NCBI RefSeq assembly: GCF_902713615.1
Contig: NC_052146.1
Span: forward strand, 68,963,238-69,027,237
DNA: 64,000 bases
From: Scyliorhinus canicula
Lineage: Eukaryota
Reading direction: 5' to 3'
Shown here: positions 63,910 to 64,000 of the stretch, piece after piece
How the letters are laid out: the number at the start of each line of letters is the position of its first letter
Numbering within the stretch: position 1 is the first letter of the stretch
Translations under genes and position numbers: made by a program
Notes under the pieces: model-generated
Seen by the model: only the letters and a program-made list of their open reading frames with translations
What the model was told of the DNA's origin: nothing
Databases searched by the model: none

Positions 63910-64000
63910 TGCTAGGGAAACAGAAGAATCTGTCTGATCTTTGGTACTGCTGTTGTATTCTGAAGCCATAACCATCACATTTGAGTTCCTATAATCAGAG

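Overview
Vertebrate genomic DNA. The SINE, CR1, L1 and Penelope repertoire suggests a cartilaginous fish, most likely a shark (inference). Most of the window is interspersed repeat. Two host genes lie head-to-head. SIRT4 is on the - strand (coding exons 8599-7805 and 2181-2029, 315 aa; probable promoter and first exon near 9100-9240). CTU1 is on the + strand (probable CpG promoter and first exon near 12990-13176, coding exons 31195-31690 and 34323-34852, 341 aa). CTU1 intron 2 holds an apparently full-length, intact-ORF antisense RPL38 retrocopy with a 5'TOP, a 17-bp TSD and an L1 TTTT/AA site. CTU1 intron 1 holds an internally deleted Gypsy LTR element with no tRNA primer-binding site; in its place is a perfect 15-nt complement of its own LTR poly(A)-signal region, positioned as expected for self-priming. 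Also present: Penelope-derived foldbacks with minimal hammerhead ribozymes, a near full-length L1, two solo LTRs, Rex1, RTE, CR1, Tx1 and hAT relics, Harbinger-like MITEs, and many tRNA-derived SINEs with interchangeable tails. Repeat boundaries without a TSD are approximate.
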